The position numbers and the translations under genes are program-made. DNA of 55,444 bases, taken from an uncultured Acidobacteriota bacterium. Lineage in GTDB: Bacteria; Acidobacteriota; Terriglobia; Terriglobales; Acidobacteriaceae. The notes beneath the pieces are model-generated. The model saw nothing but the letters and a program-made list of their open reading frames with translations. It was not told where the DNA came from and searched no databases. The stretch is taken from NCBI GenBank assembly GCA_963718435.1, contig CAVQZQ010000085.1, forward strand, positions 1 through 55,444, read 5' to 3'. Shown one piece after another: positions 22,359 to 31,636 of the stretch. Position 1 is the first letter of the stretch; each line of letters starts with the position of its first letter.

Positions 22359-22636
22359 ATGATTTTTTCACGTGAGTACATTGGGTATCTGGGCCGCCGC
22401 ACGGTCAAGCACCTCATCGACGCCAAATTGATCACCACGAGCGACTTGAAGGCAACTGAGTCGCAGGTCGACGAGCGGCCTGATTGAGGAGCTGTCGCTT
22501 GAGGATCGCATCAACGAAGAGGTGCGCGTAATTCTCGACGCCTACTCCGAAGAGATGCGCAAATCGGGCGCGCAATACGCCGAGATGTTCAAGAAGGTGA
22601 AGACCGAACTGGCCAAGAAATACAAGGCGGTGCTAT
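22359..22636 (+). CDS. DUF507-family protein, one frameshift near 22470
   Basis: MIFSREYIGYLGRRTVKHLIDAKLITTSDLKATESQV is followed in another frame by LIEELSLEDRINEEVRVILDAYSEEMRKSGAQYAEMFKKVKTELAKKYKAVL*. Confidence 0.5.
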
Positions 22637-22913
22637 GAGGATCAGCCGCGACAAACTCAACAAGCTGGCCCACACCGTGGCGGACACCCTAGCTGAGATC
22701 GATGAGGTTGGATTCCTCGAGGATCGCAACACCATTCGCCAGGAAGCGCGCAAGGCACTGGAAGGGCTGCTAACCCAGGAGGCCGGGCATCGATACCGCA
22801 GCGCGGCTCAAGATCGCTTCGCAGCGCAAGATCATCCTTGAAGGCTCCCAGGAGTGGGAGATTCTGTATCGCAAGTACTACAACGACGAAGTGCGCAAGC
22901 TGGGGATTTGAGG
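22635..22913 (+). CDS. DUF507-family protein (tandem paralog), one frameshift near 22800
   Basis: MRISRDKLNKLAHTVADTLAEIDEVGFLEDRNTIRQEARKALEGLL... The conserved C-terminus KIASQRKIILEGSQEWEILYRKYYNDEVRKLGI* is in another frame. Confidence 0.5.
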
Positions 22914-23008
22914 CGGCTTGGCACGGGCTCGGCTTTTGGCAGGGTTCCATATTTTTGTTAGAGTAAACGAGTGATTTGCCGTGGCAGACCGCTCCTCTTA
23001 AAGTGTGT

Positions 23009-23083
23009 GGCGCTATCGTCTAGGGGTTAGGACGTGAGATTCTCAATCTTAAAACCCGGGTTCGATTCCCGGTAGCGCTACCA
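23009..23083 (+). tRNA. tRNA-Glu (anticodon CUC) with encoded CCA
   Basis: Manual cloverleaf: acceptor GGCGCTA/TAGCGCT (G1-U72 wobble), D-arm GTCT-AGGGGTTA-GGAC, anticodon arm TGAGA-TTCTCAA-TCTTA (anticodon CTC), T-arm CCGGG-TTCGATT-CCCGG, discriminator A, CCA at 23081-23083. Confidence 0.85.
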
Positions 23084-23092
23084 AGTCAGCAT

Positions 23093-23122
23093 CCGCTAAA
23101 GCCCGCTCATTCAGCGGGCTTT
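23093..23122 (+). terminator. Rho-independent terminator after tRNA-Glu
   Basis: AAGCCCGCT cattc AGCGGGCTTTTGC hairpin plus T-run. Confidence 0.6.
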
Positions 23123-23176
23123 TGCTTGCCCAAATGCAGCCCTGGATTCGATCCAGCCTCATCCAAAAGGAGATTC

Positions 23177-23205
23177 TGGTTTAAATGCCAGGACGCTGGT
23201 ACAAT
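23177..23205 (+). promoter_or_regulatory. Putative sigma70-type promoter for the J-domain gene
   Basis: TGGTTT - 17 nt - TACAAT lies about 50 nt upstream of the ATG at 23256. Weak -35, good -10. Confidence 0.3.
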
Positions 23206-23255
23206 CGACCATCCTCCACTCCCCACAAGAGCCTGCACCGAAGGGACCCATCGGG

Positions 23256-23513
23256 ATGATCGACTACTACGAGTTCCTGCAAATCAGCCCCCACGCTGAT
23301 TCGGAGACTGTGCACCGCGTGTATCGATTTCTAGCGGCGCGTCTTCACCCTGACAACCCAGAATCCGGCGATGCTGAAGCGTTCCGAGTCTTGAAGTCAG
23401 CCATTGACGTGTTGTCGAACCCGACTCGACGCGCCGAATACGATGCGGCCCGCCGTCGGGAAACCGGTGAGGCGCCTCTCTCTCGACGTCCATCGATTTC
23501 ATGGACACCCTAG
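23256..23513 (+). CDS. J-domain (DnaJ-like) protein
   Basis: DYYEFLQISPHADSETVHRVYRFLAARLHPDN...FRVLKSAIDVLSNPTRRAEYDA is a complete J domain, though with HPDN in place of HPD. The next ORF opens inside it with no RBS, so the two may be one frameshifted gene. Confidence 0.65.
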   Translation: MIDYYEFLQISPHADSETVHRVYRFLAARLHPDNPESGDAEAFRVLKSAIDVLSNPTRRAEYDAARRRETGEAPLSRRPSISWTP

Positions 23514-23956
23514 ACGGTGAATTGAATCGGCGGCTCGCCGTACTTGCGGTGCTTTACTTTCGCCGCCGGGCAAATCCGCGCACACCTGAGGTTTCACTGG
23601 GCGAAATTGAGAAGCGCATGGGATTTCCACGCGACTATCTGGATTTCACCACCTGGTATCTGGTGAAGAAGGGCTACATTACACGTGCGGACAACTCGGA
23701 CTTTACCCTGACGGCGGACGGAGTTGATTTCGTCGAGACGCAGCGAACGAACCTCCCGGTGCTGAACAAGTTGTTGACCAATGGCAAAATGGCTTCCGCG
23801 GCAGATCAGTTCGCTGCGCAGAAGTCCTCCAACAATGGCAATACACCCATCATTCTGTACGCGGACATGAGCAACTCGACCGAGCGGCGGATCAACGGCG
23901 GAGGCCGACGCGCAACCGACCGAAACCATCAGCGAGAGTGTGGGAACGGATCTTAG
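23501..23956 (+). CDS. Hypothetical protein, possibly the C-terminal domain of the J-domain protein (winged-helix-like region)
   Basis: 151-aa ORF LNRRLAVLAVLYFRRRANPRTPEVSLGEIEKRMGFPRDYLDFTTWYLVKKGYITRADNSDFTLTADG. It overlaps the J-domain ORF end by 13 nt, and no SD precedes its ATG. Confidence 0.4.
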   Translation: MDTLDGELNRRLAVLAVLYFRRRANPRTPEVSLGEIEKRMGFPRDYLDFTTWYLVKKGYITRADNSDFTLTADGVDFVETQRTNLPVLNKLLTNGKMASAADQFAAQKSSNNGNTPIILYADMSNSTERRINGGGRRATDRNHQRECGNGS

Positions 23957-23959
23957 TGG

Positions 23960-24240
23960 CGTGAGTCAGAAGTTCATTGCAGAAGTCGGGCGTCCTCAAT
24001 GCAGGTCCCCATTCGACTACGGTCGCTTTGCACCTTCGAGGGCAGGCTTTCGACTCCGTTTGGCCCAAAAGACTTTCGATCAGGATGACGACGCATCTGT
24101 CATGCGAACTTCAAACTCGGGACACTGTGTGATGTCTCAGAAGTTCGCGACATAAGTCGCAACGAGCAACCGCAGATCCTTCGACTCCGGTCGCCGCGGC
24201 GACCTACGCTCAGGATGACAGATCAATTGTGATGCGGATT
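23960..24240. repeat. Two imperfect direct repeats of about 120 bp in the convergent intergenic region downstream of the encapsulin gene
   Basis: Shared blocks TCAGAAGTTC, CTTCGACTCCG(T/G)T and (T/C)CAGGATGAC-N13-TGTGATGCG in the same order in both copies. A 16-bp perfect palindrome GGTCGCCGCGGCGACC is at about 24186-24201. Confidence 0.4.
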
Positions 24241-24318
24241 TTAGAGACAGGACACCAGGAAGTGTAATCTCTTTTGGCAATATCCCTCCCGTCGCCCAAG
24301 AAGAATCTAAATGTCGCG

Positions 24319-25137
24319 TCAGGCCTGCTTCTCCTTGGCCGGAGCAGCCAGCGCCACGGCGGCTTCGCTGGTGAGAAGCAGGAAGGTGAAGGTCTCCTGC
24401 AGATACAACCGGACAGCGGCATCGGTATGGCTGAGATAACCGATGGAGACGTCCTGGCCGATGTGAAGGTCGAAATCGCCGCCACGCGTGGTCAGTACGA
24501 AGGCGCCGGAAATGGCGGGCGCCCAAATGATTTGATCCTTCACCAGCCGCTTGACGTGCTCCAGCACCGGGTATCCATGGTCGCTGGTCTCGGCAAGTGC
24601 GGTGTAGGCGTCGGCGCCCAGGAGCACCGAGTAGGGGCCGTTGACACCGACCAGACGCAACTGGCTCAAACTATGTGCAATGGCATCGGGATACTCGCGC
24701 ACGTCGGCGGGGAGCGTCATGATCGGGTTACTTGTCCCTTCACGGACGCCCCCAATTCCGGCGGCGGCATAGCCCTCGAAGATGGCGGCGTCCTCGGCAA
24801 AGGCGATCTGTCGCGCGGCATCCTTCGCCGGTTGCCAGTCCGCGTCGTTCGCACCACGCTCGACGTCGTCGATCGTCTGGCGATCGAGGTCGAACGGGAC
24901 CCGAAGTTCGACCAGCGCCTTTACCTCGCGCTGCCTGGCGACGATACCTTTGGCCGGCGCGGCGATCGTCCGAAGGTGGCCGGTGCCGACGGCAGAAAGG
25001 CCGGTTCCTGCCGGTCCCTTCACGTCGACGACGCGCCGGCCGGCAAGGTAGCGCTTGAGGGTGCGCGATGTTTCCTCTTCGATCTGAGCCCATGCCAAAT
25101 CGGAAATGGGGGCAAGCTCGCGATGGAGATTATTCAT
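24319..25137 (-). CDS. Family 1 encapsulin nanocompartment shell protein (linocin M18-like, HK97 fold)
   Basis: MNNLHRELAPISDLAWAQIEEETSRTLKRYLAGRRVVDV...GPYSVLLGADAYTALAETSDHGYPVLEHVKRLV...FDLHIGQDVSIGYLSHTDAAVRLYLQETFTFLLLT is near-canonical encapsulin sequence. A GGAG RBS lies 7 nt upstream. It is 272 aa and intact. Confidence 0.9.
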   Translation of the reverse strand: MNNLHRELAPISDLAWAQIEEETSRTLKRYLAGRRVVDVKGPAGTGLSAVGTGHLRTIAAPAKGIVARQREVKALVELRVPFDLDRQTIDDVERGANDADWQPAKDAARQIAFAEDAAIFEGYAAAGIGGVREGTSNPIMTLPADVREYPDAIAHSLSQLRLVGVNGPYSVLLGADAYTALAETSDHGYPVLEHVKRLVKDQIIWAPAISGAFVLTTRGGDFDLHIGQDVSIGYLSHTDAAVRLYLQETFTFLLLTSEAAVALAAPAKEKQA

Positions 25138-26236
25138 GTCGTATGTCTCCTTTAAGGGAGCCGATGCCCAGCGAACCGTTGCGCACCGACGGGATGGATG
25201 GAGAGGGTGCGGCCGGGGCAGCCGGCGCAGGGCCGGGCTAGTTTGGTCGTCGGTTACGTTCTCCAGAAATGTAGCCGACGGTACAAAGAACAGGTTCCCA
25301 GTGACAGCGCGGCTGAAATCGAGCAGTCGGTCGTAGTTGCCGGGCGGGCGGCCGATGAACATGTTGTCGAGCATCTGCTCGATGGTGTGGGGCGAACGGC
25401 TGTATCCGATGAAGTAGGTACCAAATTCATTCTGTCCGGGCCGGCCGAATGGCATGTTATCGCGCAGGATCTTGATCTCTTTTCCGTTCTCAACGATCGT
25501 CGTGAGCGCGTTGTGCGCTGAGGTTGGCTTGACGGAATCGTCCAATTCGATATCGGACAGCTTGCTGCGGCCGATGATACGTTCCTGCGCCTCAGTGGAG
25601 AGCGCATTCCACGCGTCAAGGTCGTGGAGATATTTCTGCACAATGACGTAGCTACCGGCGACGAAGGCAGCATCCTCCTCACCGATGAGCACGGCGTCGG
25701 TAACGGCTGACCCATGGGGTTCTCCGTCCCGTCGACGAAGCCCAGGAGATCACGATCGTCGAAGTACCGGAAGCCTTGCACTTCGTCAACCGGCGACACG
25801 GCATCTTGATCCGCGCCATAAACTGGGTGGCCAGCTCGAAGCACAGATCCATACGCTTGGCGCGGATGTGGAAAAGCAGGTCGCCTGGCGTGGACACCGC
25901 GTGGCGGGCTCCGGCACGAATCTCTCGAAACGGATGCAGTTCTGCCGGCCGCGGAGGCCCGAAGAGGCGGTCCCATGCGTCGGATCCAAACCCGACGACG
26001 CAGGAAAGTCCTGCTTCCAGGTCGCGAAAATTCACCGCACGCACCAGCGCGGCGAGGTCACCGCAGAACGAGCGGAGCGTGGCGCGATGCTCCGAGCCCG
26101 CATTGAGCGTCGCGACCAGGAAGATCACGGCGCGGCTAAGCGGCGCGGATACTGGCTGCGCGATTGCAGGGAATCTACCTGTCGTTTCGGCCGCGCTCAT
26201 CGGATCGGAATCCATCGGTGTGGTTCCTGAATACAC
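25130..26236 (-). CDS. Dye-decolorizing (DyP-type) peroxidase encapsulin cargo with C-terminal targeting peptide; at least 3 frameshifts
   Basis: N-terminal DyP motifs LSCVVGFGSDAWDRLFGPPRPAELHPFREI and VSTPGDLLFHIRAKRMDLCFELA are in ORF 25679..26236. The middle motif VDEVQGFRYFDDRDLLGFVDGTENPMGQ is in ORF 25254..25976. The C-terminal domain EEDAAFVAGSYVIVQKYLHDL...NMFIGRPPGNYDRLLDFSRAVTGNLFFVPS is in the frame of 24319..25692. A Pro/Ala linker and the cargo-loading peptide GSLGIGSLKGDIRHE* are in a third frame, ending at a TAA that overlaps the encapsulin start. Confidence 0.8.
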
Positions 26237-26578
26237 AACTGCGACTCCACCTCAAGGGATTTTAGCAACTTGGCGTTCTTCGTAAGCAAAAATCAGGGTC
26301 GTTAGCGATCAAATTCTCATGACGGAAAGGGCGGGGATTCGTTTGAGCCGGATCGCGCCGGGACTGAGACTGTGCAGATCTTAAGCGGCTGGACGAACGG
26401 ACTATGCATCTATTCGTTGTGTGGTGCCGACAATCGCGATTCCAGCGCGGGGCCGCTTGGCGGGATGAACAAAGAGGGAGTACAGTGGCATCGAAAAGAT
26501 TGTCCGACTAGCTGATGCAAAGTCCTGGGGCAGAGGGCGCGCTAAGCACAGCGTGCAAAAGAGCGAGCAGGAGGAGCG

Positions 26579-27664
26579 ATGAAGGCGACACAGGAACTCC
26601 ATGATCTCGGGCAAAGCTTGTGGCTCGATAACATTACGCGCGACTTGCTGGACCAAGGAACCCTCAAGCGCTATATCGATGATCTTTCAGTCACGGGACT
26701 GACTTCGAACCCAACCATCTTTGAACATGCGATCTCAAAGAGCAAAGCCTATGATGCGGAAATTGGGCGTCTCGTGTCGGCGGGCATCTCAGGCGAGGAG
26801 TTGTTCTTTGAACTGGCCCTGCAAGATCTGACTCGAGCCGCCGACCTCTTCGCCCCGGTTCACGAACGCACGGCGGGCAATGACGGTTTTGTTTCGCTTG
26901 AGGTGTCGCCACTTCTTGCCTATGATGCCAAGGGATCCGTGGCCGCAGCGACCACGTTGCACAACAAAGCGAATCGTCCAAACCTCTTCATCAAGATTCC
27001 AGGAACGAAGGAAGGGAATCCGGCGATCGAGGAGGCCATCGCAGCTGGTGTGGCCATCAACGTAACGCTTCTTTTCTCCCGGGAGCACTATCTGGCGTCG
27101 GCAGAGGCGTACATGCGGGGACTGGAACGGCGTATTGACGCGGGCCTGAGCCCCGACGTTCGATCCGTTGCTTCGGTCTTCCTGAGCCGCTGGGATGGCG
27201 CAACGATGGACAAAGTGCCCGACCAACTGCGGGACAAACTCGGCATTGCCATCGGCCAGCAGACGTACAAAGCCTACCGCGATATTCTCGCCTCGGACCG
27301 CTGGCAGCGTTTGGCCAACTTTGGCGCCCGGCCTCAGAGACTGCTGTTCGCCAGTACAGGCACAAAAGACCCCAAGGCTTCCGATGTTCTTTATATCAGC
27401 GCACTGGCTGCGCCCAACACGATCAACACAATGCCTGAGAAAACTCTTCTGGCTTTTGGCGATCATGGCAAGCTGGCGGGAACTCTTCCGCGAGACGGAG
27501 GAGACTGCGAGACTGTACTAGGCGACTTTCGAAAGGCTGGAATCGATCTCGAACAGCTGGCGGCCGACCTGCAATCGCAGGGCGCCGAGTCCTTCGATGA
27601 ATCGTGGAAAAACCTGCTCAGTGCGATCGAGTCCAAAGGCAAAGAGTTGCAGTCCGTTTCCTGA
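26579..27664 (+). CDS. tal: Transaldolase (long, actinobacterial-type)
   Basis: 361-aa intact ORF with LWLDNITRDLLDQGTLKRYID, SLEVSPLLAYDAKGSV, NLFIKIPGTKEG and NVTLLFS motifs. AGGAGGAG RBS is present. Confidence 0.9.
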   Translation: MKATQELHDLGQSLWLDNITRDLLDQGTLKRYIDDLSVTGLTSNPTIFEHAISKSKAYDAEIGRLVSAGISGEELFFELALQDLTRAADLFAPVHERTAGNDGFVSLEVSPLLAYDAKGSVAAATTLHNKANRPNLFIKIPGTKEGNPAIEEAIAAGVAINVTLLFSREHYLASAEAYMRGLERRIDAGLSPDVRSVASVFLSRWDGATMDKVPDQLRDKLGIAIGQQTYKAYRDILASDRWQRLANFGARPQRLLFASTGTKDPKASDVLYISALAAPNTINTMPEKTLLAFGDHGKLAGTLPRDGGDCETVLGDFRKAGIDLEQLAADLQSQGAESFDESWKNLLSAIESKGKELQSVS

Positions 27665-27992
27665 TTGGCACGGCTCTCGTTTGGTGGAGTGACGGGGAGG
27701 TCCCCGGATGCGAGCTGCCCGTGCCCTTTCGCGAAGAAGGCTTCGTCCTGCATCCGACTCAGATGATGCGACACGGTCAGAACAAGTTTCACATGGTTCG
27801 CGTTCTTCCACACCAAAGATCGCTCGCGGCAGCTGCGCCAGGACGGCAACCCGTTAAGCCGCTTGGGAGTTCAAATGCTGCATTGAGTGGCTCTGCAAGG
27901 GATTGACATGGAAGAAGCCGTAAAGCGGATCGCGGTGTAAGGTAAGTTTGCCGAATCCACTTCGAAAGCAAACTAAGAGAGGAGATCGCAGC

Positions 27993-29720
27993 ATGGCGAC
28001 TCGAACAGTGTCCGACTTGCTGGTGCAAACTCTAGTGGCGGCGGGCGTCGAAAGGGTCTATGGGGTCTCCGGCGATTCGCTCAACGGAATCACCGACTCG
28101 ATTCGAAGAGAGAAGAAAGTTGAATGGGTCCACATGCGCCACGAAGAAGCAGCTGCGTTTGCGGCCGGCGCGGAGGCACATCTCACTGGAAGATTGGCAG
28201 TGTGCGCGGGGAGCTGCGGTCCGGGGAATCTGCATTTGATCAACGGTCTCTATGATTGCCATCGCAGCCGTGTTCCGGTGCTCGCGATCGCCGCGCAGAT
28301 TCCCAGTAGCGAAATCGGAAGCGGCTATTTTCAGGAAACAGATCCGGAACATCTCTTCGCACAATGCAGTCATTACTGCCAACAGATCTCACTTCCCGAA
28401 CAGATGCCCCGAATTCTGGAGATCGCGATACAGACCGCGATCTCGCGGGGTGGTGTCTCGGTGGTTGCGATCCCCGGAGATGTGGCCTTACGTGAGGCCT
28501 CGGAAGAGGGCCCACGGCTACATTTTCCTCCGCCGAATCCAACTGTATGTCCCTCAGACAATGAAATCGAGACGTTGGCAAACCTTCTCAATGAGTCCAG
28601 AAACATAACGATCCTGGCCGGTGCCGGCTGCGCGGGAGCTCACTCTGAATTAGTCGAACTCGCGGCGAAACTGAATGCCCCGGTCGTACACGCGATGCGC
28701 GGAAAGGAATTCATTGAGTACGACAACCCATACGACGTGGGGATGACGGGCCTTCTGGGGTTTTCGTCAGGATATCGTGCAATGATGACCTGCGACCTGC
28801 TGCTCATGATCGGAACAGACTTTCCTTATCAGCAGTTCTTTCCGAAGGATGCGACGATCGTGCAGATCGACATTCGTGGCGAGCAACTGGGCCGGCGTAC
28901 CAAAGTCGACTTGGCTTGGTAGGGGATACAAAGGCGACTCTCTGGGCGCTGCTGCCAAAACTCAAGAAAAGCGGAGACGACCAGCATCTGAAGGATTCGC
29001 TCGAGCATTACCGGAAGGCCAGAAAGGGGCTCGATGAGCTTGCGACAGGAGCAATCCGGGAACCAACCAATCCATCCGCAATATGTTGTTCGAGTGCTCG
29101 ATGAACTGGCAGCCGATGATGCAGCTTTTTCCTGCGATGTGGGCACGCCAACGATTTGGGCAGCCCGCTACTTGACCATGAATGGCAAACGCCGCCTGCT
29201 TGGCTCTTTCAATCATGGCTCGATGGCAAATGCATTGCCTCAAGCGATCGGGATTCAGGTGAGTCATCCGGGGCGCCAGGTCGTGGCCTTGTCGGGAGAT
29301 GGCGGTCTCGCAATGCTGCTGGGAGACCTGCTCTCGCTGCGCCAATTACACGCGCCCGTCAAGATCATCGTCTTCAAGAATGAATCATTGGCGTTTGTTG
29401 AACTGGAAATGAAGGCGGCAGGAATTATTGATTTCGGAACCGACCTTCAAAACCCGAATTTCGCGAAGCTGGCCGAGGCGGCGGGTCTGCTTGGCCTGAC
29501 GGCTGAATCGCCGAACCAAGTGCGACCGATGATTGCGCAAGCGCTGGCGCACGACGGACCCGCCCTGGTTGAGATTCCGGTAAGCCGCCAGGAGCTTTCG
29601 ATGCCTCCGACGATCACCTTCGAACAGGCAAAAGGCTTTGGGCTTTTCGCTCTCAGGGCAGTTCTCAGCGGGCATGGAGATGAGATCGTCGACCTCGCAA
29701 AGATCAATCTCTTTCGGTAG
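27993..29720 (+). CDS. poxB: Pyruvate oxidase / pyruvate dehydrogenase (quinone), TPP- and FAD-dependent; 2 frameshifts within 28915-29100
   Basis: [36 protein letters not shown]...[33 protein letters not shown] are TPP-enzyme N-terminal motifs, in the ORF running to 28922. Then [17 protein letters not shown] lies in a second frame. IHPQYVV...[17 protein letters not shown]...[16 protein letters not shown]...[32 protein letters not shown] lies in a third (ORF 29034..29720). Confidence 0.8.
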
Positions 29721-30043
29721 GCGGGAATATGAACCCAAAATGAGCTTCCGCAGCCAATGGCTCCCAGAGTTGAGCTCAGCCGCAGCTCTTTGCATTTTCC
29801 TGCGCACAGTGCTGGGGCTGATTCCAAGTGCAGCGTCCCTGCTGCCTGCATTACGCTCATCCCGCATCAACCCAATGGTTGCCATTCGCTGCGATTGAAC
29901 CGAGCGACGACGGGGCAGAGGCACGGCGCGGAGTGGCGCGTGCAATCGCTCCGGGATGACGGGCGACTGGGAACTGAATCTCTGGATATCCACTGCCGAC
30001 GATCTGCAGAACCGGATGCGCGCGGTTTGGCATCTATAGCCTC

Positions 30044-31636
30044 ATGAGAACGCCCTGTGATGAAGCCGTATTGCGATCAACTGTTGCCGAAGTTCCATGT
30101 AAACCAGGGACACGAATCTGGATTCTTGTCACGACTATTCTTGGCTCCAGCATGGCGTTCATCGATAGCACGGTCGTCAACATCGCTCTACCCGCAGTTC
30201 AAGCCAACTTTCATGCAACCGTAGTCGATGTGCAGTGGGTGGTCGAGTCTTACGGCTTGTTTCTAGGCGCACTGATTCTTGTCGGCGGTTCGCTCGGGGA
30301 CTTGTTCGGACGCCGTCTGATCTTCGTCATCGGCACCTCGATATTCACCGTGGCTTCCGCGGTTTGCGGCGGCGCTTTGAACATTCATCAATTAATCATC
30401 GCGAGGAGTATTCAAGGTATCGGCGCCGCGCTGCTGGTGCCCGGCAGCCTGGCGATTATCAGTGCGGCATTTGACGAGAAGAGTCGTGGCCGCGCGATCG
30501 GTACCTGGTCGGGGTTTACCGCGATCACTACAGCCATCGGGCCCGTTCTCGGGGGTTGGCTGGTTGAGCATGGCTCCTGGCGGTGGGTATTCTTCATCAA
30601 TCTCCCGCTCGCGGCGGCGGTGATAGCCATTTCGTTTCGACATGTTCCAGAGAGCCGAGTCGCGCGCGCAGGCCGGGTAGATTGGTCAGGAGCGATTCTT
30701 GCCACAGCCGGATTGGGTGGTCTGGTTACCGGCTTCATGGAATCGGTCAACCTCGGTTGGCGAAATCCTCTAGTCTATGAGAGTTTGATCCTAGGCGTCG
30801 CTAGTCTTATTGCCTTGGTGGTTGTCGAAGGTAAGGTCACCTCGCCGATGCTCCCGCCGACGCTGTTCCAGTCCCGCAGTTTCACTGGTGCAAACGTACT
30901 TACGCTGTTCCAATACGCGGCGAACGGCATATTCTTTTTCTTATTTCCGTTGAACCTGATTCAAATTCAAGGCTATTCCGCCACAGCCGCCGGTGCCGCT
31001 GTGCTTCCATTGATTTTGCTCATGTTCTTGCTCTCTCGCTGGTCTGGCGGACTTGTCGCCCGCTACGGCCCAAGAGTTCCGTTGATCGCTGGTCCGATCG
31101 TTGTCTCTCTCGGGTATGCAATGTTCGCGGTGCCGTCCGTTGGAGAGAGCTATTGGAGAACATTCTTTCCGGCAATCGTGATTCTCGGGTTTGGATTAGC
31201 GGTTACCGTAGCACCTCTCACAACTGTTGTTATGGACTCGGTAAGTGAAGATCAAGTCGGTACAGCTTCGGGAATCAATAACGCCGTGGCACGCGTAGCC
31301 GGGGTACTTGCAATTGCAATATTCGGGATTGTGATGGTGAAGGTCTTTGCGTCCGACCTGAATCACAGCCTGGTTCATCTTTCGCTGTCATCTGCCACCG
31401 TGGAGCAGCTTCATGCGGAGGAGATCAAACTCGCGGGTTTGCAGCTCCCCCCTGGCCTCAGCCCCAGTGCCGCTGCCGCAATCGAGGAATCCGTCAAACA
31501 ATCGTTTGTCTTCGGATTTCGAATTGTCATGCTGGCTTGCACGGGGCTGTCTCTGGCCAGCGCTGCAGTGGCTTGGCTGACGATTGGGAAAGATGCCGAC
31601 CGGTCCAGAGTAGTGGCGCCCGGATTAGCGTCGTAG
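30044..31636 (+). CDS. MFS transporter, DHA2 (EmrB/QacA) family, 14-TM drug:H+ antiporter type
   Basis: 530-aa intact ORF with LGSSMAFIDSTVVNIALP, GGSLGDLFGRRLIFVIG and 14 hydrophobic segments. Confidence 0.8.
   Translation: MRTPCDEAVLRSTVAEVPCKPGTRIWILVTTILGSSMAFIDSTVVNIALPAVQANFHATVVDVQWVVESYGLFLGALILVGGSLGDLFGRRLIFVIGTSIFTVASAVCGGALNIHQLIIARSIQGIGAALLVPGSLAIISAAFDEKSRGRAIGTWSGFTAITTAIGPVLGGWLVEHGSWRWVFFINLPLAAAVIAISFRHVPESRVARAGRVDWSGAILATAGLGGLVTGFMESVNLGWRNPLVYESLILGVASLIALVVVEGKVTSPMLPPTLFQSRSFTGANVLTLFQYAANGIFFFLFPLNLIQIQGYSATAAGAAVLPLILLMFLLSRWSGGLVARYGPRVPLIAGPIVVSLGYAMFAVPSVGESYWRTFFPAIVILGFGLAVTVAPLTTVVMDSVSEDQVGTASGINNAVARVAGVLAIAIFGIVMVKVFASDLNHSLVHLSLSSATVEQLHAEEIKLAGLQLPPGLSPSAAAAIEESVKQSFVFGFRIVMLACTGLSLASAAVAWLTIGKDADRSRVVAPGLAS

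Noticed and set aside
24274-25155. 293-aa plus-strand ORF
   Set aside because: Antisense to the encapsulin shell gene, which has near-canonical linocin-like sequence.
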